Assembly (NCBI GenBank): GCA_035629175.1
Contig: DASPIL010000001.1
Coordinates: forward strand, 65,318 to 129,317
From: Verrucomicrobiia bacterium
GTDB lineage: Bacteria > Verrucomicrobiota > Verrucomicrobiia > Limisphaerales > DASXHY01
DNA: 64,000 nt
Direction: 5' to 3'
A program made the translations under genes and the position numbers. Shown one piece after another: positions 16,976-25,716 of the stretch (position 1 is its first letter; each line of letters starts with the position of its first letter). The notes beneath the pieces were generated by a model that saw only the letters and a program-made list of their open reading frames with translations, was not told the origin of the DNA and searched no databases.

Positions 16976-18745
16976 ATGCAGATTAGTCATATGACGCAAA
17001 CCGAAGGCGCGACCTCGATAGTAGCTCCGGTTGAGGAAATCCAGCAGGGTTGGAACGATCTGGTGCTCCGAGTAAAACAACTGGAAGTGGAGCGGGATGT
17101 ACTGGAGCACGATAACAAAAAGCTCCGTTCACTGCTGGAGCGGGTCATCGAACATCGGCAGAAGTCGCACGGCGAATTGATTCTCCTGCTCACGGGACTC
17201 GTCAGCAAGCTGCCCATCAATGACATTGGCGTGGTTGTTTCCAAACTCATCGAGCATAACGCCCATGTCACCGAAGTTTGCGGGGTGCTGGCCAAGGGCA
17301 AGATGGAATCGGCGCTGCCGCAGCCGGCGGTTCTGAAAGCGCTGGACCAGACGAAGCGTGAATTGATCAGTGCGTTGAAGCCCCTTGCGGAAGAGTTGAT
17401 CCGGCTCGAGGCGCCGCTCGAACCTGGGCTGTTGAACAACCTGCCAGCGCAGCCGGAAACTTTCTTTTCACCACGGGTGATCCGTGCCACGCGCTGTTAC
17501 ATCAAAGGCCAGGTGCCGCGCGAGCGGATCGTCCGCGAATTTGGCGAGGAGGCCCTGGCGTTCTTCAACGACCTGACCACTGACAAAAAGCTCAATCCAA
17601 ACCCGCGCACGGAGGAGATCGTGCTCGGTTTTCGCAATGACTTCGAAACGCTCCTTCAGCAGAACGGGGCTGTCCTTGGCGGCAAACGAGACGCGCTCGC
17701 GCAGCTATATCGCCGGGTGCAGAATAGCAAGGGAGCATCCGACACGGCCCGTGCCCAGCGCAGCGTATTTCAGAAACTCTCGTTCATTTTGGATCTGATC
17801 CACTATTACGAAAACCAGAGCACGGAAGCTCCCGATGTCATCTTTGCCCAGCGCCTGCCCGTGCTGATCGAACAGTTCGTGCTTCCGGCAGGGCAGGAAC
17901 ATCTCGACGTGAAATTGATTGAGGAGGCGGAAAGCCTGCTGTCGTTCGTTCTCAATTCCGATTACCGCCACGCGGTGGTCAACAATATCGGAAAAGGCGG
18001 GGGCAACGGACGCACGCTGAGATACGTTCTCACGCTGCGCGCGGAAAAAATGCCGGCGTCGGATGATGTCATGCACCAGGTCATTCCCGAGTTCGTGAAG
18101 CATCTCATCCCGCCGAACAGTTCTCCTTCCGCCGCCGCGATAGCGGGGGTTCTGCGGCTCATCAATGATGACATGCAACGGCTCGTCGTTCGCGCGATCA
18201 TGGACACCGACCGCTTGCGCAAGGAAGACGCGGAGGCGCTCGGCAAGGCGGTGGGCACGCAGCTCGGCCTGACGAATCTGGACCAGCTGAAGCCGGAAGT
18301 CACAATAACACCCGAGATGGAACGGCAGCTCGCATGGGAAAAGATCAAGGGATTGATCACGAGCCGATCGGAGCCTGGAACGATTGCCAACGCGATGCGC
18401 GCACGGTTGCACGCCAAGTATGAGGCCGATGAAATCAAGCAGAGCTGGGTGACGCTGACGGAAGCGGATCCGATCTCATTCATTCGCGTCTTTTGCCAGT
18501 TGCCGTATCTCGCTGATGGGTCGACGGATCCGGTTGCCCGCGCGATCATGGAAACCTACGTGCATCGGTTGACGCACGAGAAGTACGCGTCGACCTACAG
18601 CAAGGTGATGAACAGCTTGAAAAACATGTTTCGGGCGAACCCGAACAGCCCGACCTTGCTGAACTTTATTGCGCTCGTTCGCTGGGTCGATGCCGAAGCA
18701 GCAAACAAGCTGAGCGCGGACGTTGGCATGATGGCGAACGCCTGA
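16976..18745 (+). CDS. Large hypothetical protein with N-terminal coiled coil
   Basis: About 589 aa with a clean coding pattern. Start trimmed to an ATG (16976 or 16991) beyond the divergent YgbA-like gene. I recognise no domain. Confidence 0.65.
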   Translation: MQISHMTQTEGATSIVAPVEEIQQGWNDLVLRVKQLEVERDVLEHDNKKLRSLLERVIEHRQKSHGELILLLTGLVSKLPINDIGVVVSKLIEHNAHVTEVCGVLAKGKMESALPQPAVLKALDQTKRELISALKPLAEELIRLEAPLEPGLLNNLPAQPETFFSPRVIRATRCYIKGQVPRERIVREFGEEALAFFNDLTTDKKLNPNPRTEEIVLGFRNDFETLLQQNGAVLGGKRDALAQLYRRVQNSKGASDTARAQRSVFQKLSFILDLIHYYENQSTEAPDVIFAQRLPVLIEQFVLPAGQEHLDVKLIEEAESLLSFVLNSDYRHAVVNNIGKGGGNGRTLRYVLTLRAEKMPASDDVMHQVIPEFVKHLIPPNSSPSAAAIAGVLRLINDDMQRLVVRAIMDTDRLRKEDAEALGKAVGTQLGLTNLDQLKPEVTITPEMERQLAWEKIKGLITSRSEPGTIANAMRARLHAKYEADEIKQSWVTLTEADPISFIRVFCQLPYLADGSTDPVARAIMETYVHRLTHEKYASTYSKVMNSLKNMFRANPNSPTLLNFIALVRWVDAEAANKLSADVGMMANA

Positions 18746-18767
18746 AGTTTGGGAGATTGGCAGCGGG

Positions 18768-20645
18768 TCAATCGGTCCGGGCGACCAGTTTTTCGACCTG
18801 CAGGACCAGTTCCTCCGACGTCACCGGCTTCGCCAGGGTTCGCCAACGGTCCTGTGTTTCCGCAGGCGTGGCATCCACGTCGGCCAGGCAAACCACTGCG
18901 AGACCGGGTTTGGAAGCCTGGAGTTGTTCTCCCAATGCGCGGCCGGTGATGCCATCAGAAAGGCTGGCGTCGGTCAGCAACACGTCAATCGCTGCCGCCT
19001 GCGCTTCCCACAATAGCAATGCGAGCGCGGTTGAGTCGGCTTCGATCACTCGAAATCCCTTCCAGGTGAGCGCGCAGCGCGCCGAAGCCCGGACTCGATC
19101 ATCGGCCTGCACCAGCAAGATTGTTCCGAGGGTGGGAGTGCCATCCCTTGCGGCTGCAGCGGTTTCGTTCGCCGCGGCGGGCGCGCATGGCAGGTAGACA
19201 AAAAATTCGCTTCCCGTTCCGCAATCTGGATTGGACTCAATCCATCCGCCGTGCTGCCGGGCAAGGCCAAACGATCCAGCCAGGCCAAGGCCCAACGCTC
19301 CCGATGGCCGGGTTGTGAAGAATGGCTCGAAGAGGTGTTCGCGCGCCGCAGCGTCCAATCCTTTTCCGGTATCACGAATCGAAATGCGAACGAACGGGCC
19401 GGCGGCGATTCCCGGAAGTGGCGCGGCCTCGACCCTGAACAAGGCAGTGCTCAGCATGATGCTACCCTGGCTGGAAATCGCGTCGCGCGCGTTCAGCACC
19501 AGGTTGACGATGACATGCTCGATAAGCCTGGAATCCGCCAGGACCGGTGCCGCGAAGGGTCCGAATGCATTCTGCAGGATGATCCGTTCGCCCAGGAGCC
19601 GGGCGAGCAGGGGATTCATTGTGCGGAGCAACGCATTGATGTCCACCACCTCCGGCGTCATGGGATGACAGCCACCAATTGCCCGCAGCTGACGGCTCAA
19701 ACCCAATCCGCGATGGGCGGCCGTCGAAACCTGACGGAGCAATTCGGTGCATGCGCCATCCTGAATTCGCGCCAGCAGCCGTGCCGTGTTTTGCTCAATC
19801 GGGTTGAGCGTGTCGGCAAGCGATTCTCCCAGTGACCCGCTGATGCGGCTGACTCGCGCGAGCAGTTCATTCCGCGTTTCGCGTTCACGCTGTTCGCAGG
19901 CGTTTGAAACGTTGTGAAACACGAGGAGCCGGGCGGCGCGGCCCGCAAAGGTGAGATCCACCGCGCTGATTTCAATGTCGAGAAGGGTGCCGTCGCTGCG
20001 GCAATGCTGCCATTGGCCGAGGCTGCGGGGCTCGGGGCAATCGGGACGAAGTTGAACCTCAAAGAATTCCGCGCTGTCGGCCGTGATGCAGTCGAAGCAG
20101 GTGCGCGCGACGTTTTCGGCGGACCACCCGAACAGCTTCAGCGCCGATGCATTGACCGCGAGCAGTTCCGCGGTTGTCCGCCCGGCTACGCAGAGCGGTT
20201 GTGGATTTGCGCGGAACAGCAGGTCGTATTGCGCCGCGGATTCTGCAAGGGCCTGTTCGCGCTCTCGAAGTTGCTGGAGTTCCGCGATCAACAGGTGATT
20301 CGTGCGTTCAAGTGAATGGGTGCGATGAATGAACTGGGTTTCCGATTCGGTTTGCGCCTCGTGTTGTGCGCGGCGGGCCTTGTCCCGTTCGCTCCACACG
20401 GCTTCCACATGCCCCATGCCCACCACCAGCAATACCGACGTGATTGCCAGCGCAGCGTGCAATGGAAGCTCAGGCGTGATCGCCAGCCGGCCCAGTGGCG
20501 CCAGCAGATGAAACAATGCGAGACAACAAAAGGAGGTGACAACAAACCATCCTACCTGCTGCGCACCGAACCGGCGGACGAGGCGGAACGCGTAGGAAGG
20601 CACGCTGAGTTGAAGCACGGCGGCAAGCAGCCCAAAGGTCGTCAT
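18768..20645 (-). CDS. Hybrid sensor kinase-like protein (2-3 TM, coiled coil, PAS, degenerate DHp, HATPase_c, receiver)
   Basis: N box VNLVLNARDA, G1 IRDTGKGLD, F box FEPFFTT, G2 GLGLGLA. The C-terminal receiver has DVLLTD and LAKP. The H-box position reads GSLGESLADTLNPI, lacking His. Confidence 0.8.
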   Translation of the reverse strand: MTTFGLLAAVLQLSVPSYAFRLVRRFGAQQVGWFVVTSFCCLALFHLLAPLGRLAITPELPLHAALAITSVLLVVGMGHVEAVWSERDKARRAQHEAQTESETQFIHRTHSLERTNHLLIAELQQLREREQALAESAAQYDLLFRANPQPLCVAGRTTAELLAVNASALKLFGWSAENVARTCFDCITADSAEFFEVQLRPDCPEPRSLGQWQHCRSDGTLLDIEISAVDLTFAGRAARLLVFHNVSNACEQRERETRNELLARVSRISGSLGESLADTLNPIEQNTARLLARIQDGACTELLRQVSTAAHRGLGLSRQLRAIGGCHPMTPEVVDINALLRTMNPLLARLLGERIILQNAFGPFAAPVLADSRLIEHVIVNLVLNARDAISSQGSIMLSTALFRVEAAPLPGIAAGPFVRISIRDTGKGLDAAAREHLFEPFFTTRPSGALGLGLAGSFGLARQHGGWIESNPDCGTGSEFFVYLPCAPAAANETAAAARDGTPTLGTILLVQADDRVRASARCALTWKGFRVIEADSTALALLLWEAQAAAIDVLLTDASLSDGITGRALGEQLQASKPGLAVVCLADVDATPAETQDRWRTLAKPVTSEELVLQVEKLVARTD

Positions 20646-20947
20646 AAATAATCAGAGTAGCGCCAGTCAGTGCCGCTGTGTCCATATCCCGTCCAAACGA
20701 AGCTCGATTGTGGACGTGCCGCAGCGGGATCGGCTGGATCCCGCGAGCAAATTCGATGAATGGCAGCAGCATGGCAACGCACCAGCCGTTTCAGCAGCAT
20801 CCAGACCATGGCGTGCGGAAATCCTCCGGCAAGGCGCGCGCGGATGCGCCTCCGTGAAGGAGCGCTGGCAAATTTCTCAAGATATTTGGCAGGCGGATCC
20901 GCCCTGGATTCTTGACGGCGTGCAGTGGATGCGGCGAAACAATAGTC

Positions 20948-21580
20948 ATGAAATACCGCGCCGGAATGCTGATCGCCCTCCTGCTGTGCGCGTTGCCGTC
21001 CTGGTCTCAAACGGATTCAAAGGCTGAATCGGAAGCAGCTTACACCCGTGCAATCGAAGAGCGCGCAATGCGCATCACGACGCCCCTCGGGCTGACCAAT
21101 GAGACGACCGCAGCCCGCGTGCAGGGAATCATCGTCACACACTATCGGAATCTTCGCGCGATTCACGATCGGCGCGACGAATCGATCAAGAATGCACGCG
21201 CGGCAACAGAGGACGCCGGTGCAGCCGTCGCAGCGATTCAGGCAGACGCAAAAGCAAAGCTGGACCAGTTGCACACCCATTATCTGGGCCAGCTGGCCGG
21301 CGATTTGAACCAGGCACAGATCGACCAGGTGAAGGACGGAATGACATTCGGAGTGCTGAACGTGACGTGGAACGCTTACATGAAAATGTTCCCCGATCTG
21401 AATGATGAACAGAAGGCGCAGATTCGGCAGTGGCTGGTCGAAGCCCGGGAGCTGGCGATGGACCAGGGCTCCGCTGGTGAGAAGCACGCCGTGTTTGGAA
21501 AGTACAAAGGCCGCATCAACAATTATCTGTCCCGCGCCGGTTACGACTTGAAGAAAGCCGAGCAGAACCTTCGAAGGTAA
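20948..21580 (+). CDS. DUF3826 domain-containing protein (pectin-locus associated)
   Basis: 210 aa secreted helical protein (AYTRAIEERAMRITTPLGLTNETTAARVQGIIVTHYRNLRAIHDRRD). This resembles DUF3826 proteins found beside pectin/rhamnogalacturonan enzymes. Confidence 0.65.
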   Translation: MKYRAGMLIALLLCALPSWSQTDSKAESEAAYTRAIEERAMRITTPLGLTNETTAARVQGIIVTHYRNLRAIHDRRDESIKNARAATEDAGAAVAAIQADAKAKLDQLHTHYLGQLAGDLNQAQIDQVKDGMTFGVLNVTWNAYMKMFPDLNDEQKAQIRQWLVEARELAMDQGSAGEKHAVFGKYKGRINNYLSRAGYDLKKAEQNLRR

Positions 21581-21673
21581 CCATCCTTGCGTGGTGCCGT
21601 CCTAATCCCAGTCACCTTTGATGCCTGACGCGCTCCAGCCTTGCGCGCATGGCAGGTCCGAAAAGAAAACAAC

Positions 21674-23371
21674 ATGATGAATACCAAAAATCTTTTCCGC
21701 GGCGTTGTTGCCAGTCTCGCGGCGGGCATTGTTTCCGTCCATGCACAATATCCCTCCCTGAGCGGGTCCGTGCAGGCGGAAGCAGCCAGGCGGAAGGCCG
21801 AGTCCGACCGCCGTTCGGACGAAGCGTTTCAGAACGCAACAGCAGCGATCAAGGAATGGGAGCGCAAGGGCAGGCCGTATTTGCCGGGCGCCGCCAGGCC
21901 CGGGGATCTCCCGCAGGCAAAGATTCCAGCGTTCCCCGGCGCGTGGGGTGGCGGCATGTATGCGTTTGGCGGTCGCGGCGGGAAGGTGTTCGTGGTGAAC
22001 AACCTGAACGATCGCGGACCCGGAAGCTTTCGGGAAGCACTCGAAGCGGGTGGACCTCGCGTGGTTGTGTTCAATGTCGCCGGCATCATCCGGCTGAAGG
22101 AACGCATTCGTGTTCGCGCGCCCTACATCACGATCGCGGGCAACACGGCCCCTGGCGACGGCGTGTGCATCGCGGGTGACACAGTCGAGCTCGAAACCCA
22201 CGATGTTGTCATACGGCACCTTCGTTTTCGGCGCGGCGAAACCTGGGTGGGGGATCGCAATGACTCGCTCGGCGGAAATCCTGTCGGCAACATCATGATC
22301 GATCATGTCTCCGCGAGCTGGGGGCTCGATGAAAACATGTCCATGTATCGGCACATGTATCAACCGCCCGGCGGCGGACAGGCGCTGAAGCTTCCAACCG
22401 TGAATATCACCATCCAGAATTCAATCTTCAGCGAGGCATTGAACACCTATAATCACGCGTTCGGCAGCACGATCGGTGGGTTGAACAGCACGTTCTATCG
22501 CAATTTGTGGGCCTGCAATTCGGGACGAAATCCCAGCGTGGGCATGACGGGAGACTTCACCTTCGCCAACAATGTGATCTTCAACTGGAGGCATCGGACC
22601 GTTGATGGCGGAGATCACAGAAGTTATTACACCATCACGAGCAACTATTTCAAACCCGGGCCCGTGACGCCAAAAGATCAGCCCATTGCATACCGCGTTC
22701 TCAAGCCGGAATCGCAGCGCAGCAAGGAGGTTGTGGACAACTTCGGCAAGGCGTTCGTCGCGGGAAACGTGGTGGAGGGCAACGCGCGCGTCACCGCTGA
22801 CAACTGGGATGGCGGCGTGCAGCCCGAGACCGTGGGCTCCCTGGATGCCGCTTTGAAATCGATTCGGACCAATTCGCCGTACGCCCACGCTCCACTGGAT
22901 TTGAAGCCCGCCGCGCAGGCGTATGAAGACGTGCTCGCGAACTCAGGCGCCACACTGCCGCGCCGCGATGCTGTCGATGAGCGCATTGTGCGGACGGTGC
23001 GGACCGGTAATGTCACCGCGAAACCAGGTGCCGACATTCAAGATCGGCTGGGGAGCGCGGGTTATTCCAGGCAAACCATCGATGCGATTGTTTCGATGGT
23101 GGATGGCGGACTGATCACGCATCCGGACGAAGTCGGCGGGTACCCGACTTATGCGGGCACGCCTTACCAGGATTCCGATTTCGACGGAATGCCAGACGAT
23201 TGGGAAACAAAGAACGGTTTGAATCCCCGCGATGCTGCCGACGCTGCGAAGGATCTGAATGGGGACGGGTACACGAACATTGAGGATTTCATCAATGGAT
23301 TGGATCCCCGCGGGCAAAAGGTCGACTGGACGGATCTCAGGAACAACGTGGATCCGCGACAGGCGAGTTGA
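21674..23371 (+). CDS. Pectate lyase (PL1-type right-handed beta helix) with acidic Ca-binding-like tail
   Basis: AFPGAWGGGMYAFGGRGGKVFVVNNLNDRGPGSFREALE...YITIAGNTAPGDGVCI...RHLRFRRG...MIDHVSASWGLDEN is the PL1 pectate-lyase pattern. Signal peptide present. Confidence 0.8.
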   Translation: MMNTKNLFRGVVASLAAGIVSVHAQYPSLSGSVQAEAARRKAESDRRSDEAFQNATAAIKEWERKGRPYLPGAARPGDLPQAKIPAFPGAWGGGMYAFGGRGGKVFVVNNLNDRGPGSFREALEAGGPRVVVFNVAGIIRLKERIRVRAPYITIAGNTAPGDGVCIAGDTVELETHDVVIRHLRFRRGETWVGDRNDSLGGNPVGNIMIDHVSASWGLDENMSMYRHMYQPPGGGQALKLPTVNITIQNSIFSEALNTYNHAFGSTIGGLNSTFYRNLWACNSGRNPSVGMTGDFTFANNVIFNWRHRTVDGGDHRSYYTITSNYFKPGPVTPKDQPIAYRVLKPESQRSKEVVDNFGKAFVAGNVVEGNARVTADNWDGGVQPETVGSLDAALKSIRTNSPYAHAPLDLKPAAQAYEDVLANSGATLPRRDAVDERIVRTVRTGNVTAKPGADIQDRLGSAGYSRQTIDAIVSMVDGGLITHPDEVGGYPTYAGTPYQDSDFDGMPDDWETKNGLNPRDAADAAKDLNGDGYTNIEDFINGLDPRGQKVDWTDLRNNVDPRQAS

Positions 23372-23380
23372 GAATTCAGA

Positions 23381-25681
23381 ATGAAGGCTCATGTTTTCGC
23401 TGGGGGACTGCTCGGGCTCGTTGTCTCTCTAGCTGCAATGCAGAGCGGTGGACAACCGCTCCCCGCGTTTCCAGGCGCGGATGGCGCCGCGCGGTTTGCC
23501 ACGGGAGGCCGCGGCGGCGTTGTCTATCACGTGACGAAACTGGACCGCAATTTCAACGATGCCAGCGAGGGAACACTGCGCTACGGATTGACTGATGGCA
23601 ATTTCCCGCCGAACACCCGCCGGACGATTGTGTTCGATGTCGCGGGCGTGTTTTGGCTGGGGCGCTATGGCGCGGAGAACGGACATGACAACGGCTGGAA
23701 CTCAGGCCAGTCGCGCTACAATCTTCCGCGCAATGTGACTGTCGCGGGTGAATCGGCGCCCGGCCCCGTCATCATCATGGGCGGTGTCACGAAAGCTGGC
23801 GGGACGAACACCATCATCCGCAACGTGATGTTTGCGCCGGGTTACGGCATGCAGAATTTTCACGAGCCGCCCGAGCCCCCAACCCCTGGCGACTTTCCAG
23901 ATTCCTATGTTTATGACGCGATCGATATCAGCGGTCAGAACATCATGATGGATCACCTGACGGTGGTTTACATCACGGACGAAGCCATCTCCTGCAACGA
24001 GCTGGCGGCGGATCTGACGATTCAGAATTCCAACGTGTCGCAGGGGCAGAATTATCCGCAGGCCGATGCCGAAGCGTCAGGCGTGCGCTACACGGGCCAC
24101 GCCCTGGCTCACCTGTTGCAGGCGGGCTCGGGTGCGAAGATCAGCGTGCTGAACAATCTTTACGCTCACCAGGCGGGACGCTTGCCACGGGTCGGAAGCG
24201 AGGTGGGCACGGGCGCGTTCAACGAATTCCGGAACAATGTTTTTTACAATTGGTTCGGCACGGCCGGCAGCGGCGCGTCGGGACAGCCCAGCTTTAATAA
24301 CTTCCTGCACAACTTCTATCTTGCGGGTCCCGGAGGCCAGCGTCCGATTGGCGGCACAAACTTTCAGCTGCAGACAGCCAACGGCGGGACCGGGATTTTT
24401 TCCGGAGCCTCCGCGACCGCAACGCGCGTTTATCGCAGCGGAAACGTGAAGGACACGAATCGTGATGGAGATGCCAGGGACGCGGCTATCGCGGATTCTG
24501 ATTACACTTCCAGTTCACTCCAGGCCTCTGCATATGACATCAGCCAGGGCGTGACACTGATCGCTACAAATGCCTTTCACCACGTGCTGAGGCAGGTGGG
24601 ATCGCGATGGTGGGAGCGCGATTACATCGTGACTGCCGGAAATACGAATGCCATCGATACGATTGACGAGCGGCTGATCCACGAAACCTACACTGGCACT
24701 GGCCGGATTATCGCGTGGGCGGACGATCCATTCGACCCCAGCCTCGATGAGGGAACCGAGTGGCGCAGCCTGCTCGCGTTGCGGGCTGATCCGATTTCGG
24801 GGATTGCGCCGTTCAACCATCCGCAGGGGTGGGATGAAGACGCGGATGGAATCCCCAATTATTGGGAAATTCAACATGGGCTCGATCCCGCCGTGACGAA
24901 CCACAACAGCGATTTTGATGCGGATGGCTACACCGATCTGGAGGAGTATCTGCACGAACGCGCTGCGTTTCCGGCGCCCGGCGTCATCATCTTCAACAAC
25001 ACCGTCAGCCAGCGTTACGCGGAAATTTTCAACTGGTCTGTCAGCGGCGTGCCCGTGACGGTGGCTGGAAAGGGAACGGTGATTTCTTCCTCGCACTGGC
25101 AGCCGAGCCGGTTCGATTCGGTCATCATCAGCAATCAGACCGCGAGAGTGGACGCGCCTGGCCAGCATGCTGGAACGCTTCAGCTGGTGGGCAGCACGCT
25201 GTCCCTGAGCAACGGATGGCTGCGGGTTGCAGAACAACTCATGGTGGATTCCGAGAGTGTCGTGCAGGTGCAATCCTCGGGTGGTTTGATTGTATCGAAC
25301 GGAATCGTCAACTCCGGCACCCTCCGCCTCAAGGGGTCCGCACAATTCGTTCCAGGCGGGACCTTCACGAACGCGGGTGTGCTGGATGTGATTTCCTGGC
25401 AGGGATCGCTGCCGCCGGACCTTGTCAACAGCGGCTCAATCCTGGATCGCAGCGCGATCATCATTCATGAAGCAGGATTGGAAGGCAGTGACTTCAAACT
25501 TTCTGTTCCCGGTTTTGAAGGGCACACCTTCCTGCTGCAGCACTCCGGCGATTTTATCTCGTGGGAAAATGCTGGCGACGCCGTGGCAGGAAACGGAGGG
25601 ACGCTGACTTTGTCGCATCCGGGTGGCGCTGATTCCGGAGTGCGACTCTACCGCGTAGTGATTGATCCCATCCCTCTCTGA
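23381..25681 (+). CDS. Pectate-lyase-like beta-helix protein with a long C-terminal extension
   Basis: AFPGADGAARFATGGRGGVVYHVTKLD...TLRYGL...MMDHLTVVYITDEAIS is similar to the upstream lyase. This is followed by an acidic tail motif and a C-terminal region of about 250 aa of unknown function. Confidence 0.7.
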   Translation: MKAHVFAGGLLGLVVSLAAMQSGGQPLPAFPGADGAARFATGGRGGVVYHVTKLDRNFNDASEGTLRYGLTDGNFPPNTRRTIVFDVAGVFWLGRYGAENGHDNGWNSGQSRYNLPRNVTVAGESAPGPVIIMGGVTKAGGTNTIIRNVMFAPGYGMQNFHEPPEPPTPGDFPDSYVYDAIDISGQNIMMDHLTVVYITDEAISCNELAADLTIQNSNVSQGQNYPQADAEASGVRYTGHALAHLLQAGSGAKISVLNNLYAHQAGRLPRVGSEVGTGAFNEFRNNVFYNWFGTAGSGASGQPSFNNFLHNFYLAGPGGQRPIGGTNFQLQTANGGTGIFSGASATATRVYRSGNVKDTNRDGDARDAAIADSDYTSSSLQASAYDISQGVTLIATNAFHHVLRQVGSRWWERDYIVTAGNTNAIDTIDERLIHETYTGTGRIIAWADDPFDPSLDEGTEWRSLLALRADPISGIAPFNHPQGWDEDADGIPNYWEIQHGLDPAVTNHNSDFDADGYTDLEEYLHERAAFPAPGVIIFNNTVSQRYAEIFNWSVSGVPVTVAGKGTVISSSHWQPSRFDSVIISNQTARVDAPGQHAGTLQLVGSTLSLSNGWLRVAEQLMVDSESVVQVQSSGGLIVSNGIVNSGTLRLKGSAQFVPGGTFTNAGVLDVISWQGSLPPDLVNSGSILDRSAIIIHEAGLEGSDFKLSVPGFEGHTFLLQHSGDFISWENAGDAVAGNGGTLTLSHPGGADSGVRLYRVVIDPIPL

Positions 25682-25716
25682 ACCGCAGACATTCCCCCGC
25701 GCGAAGCCGTTTTAGC

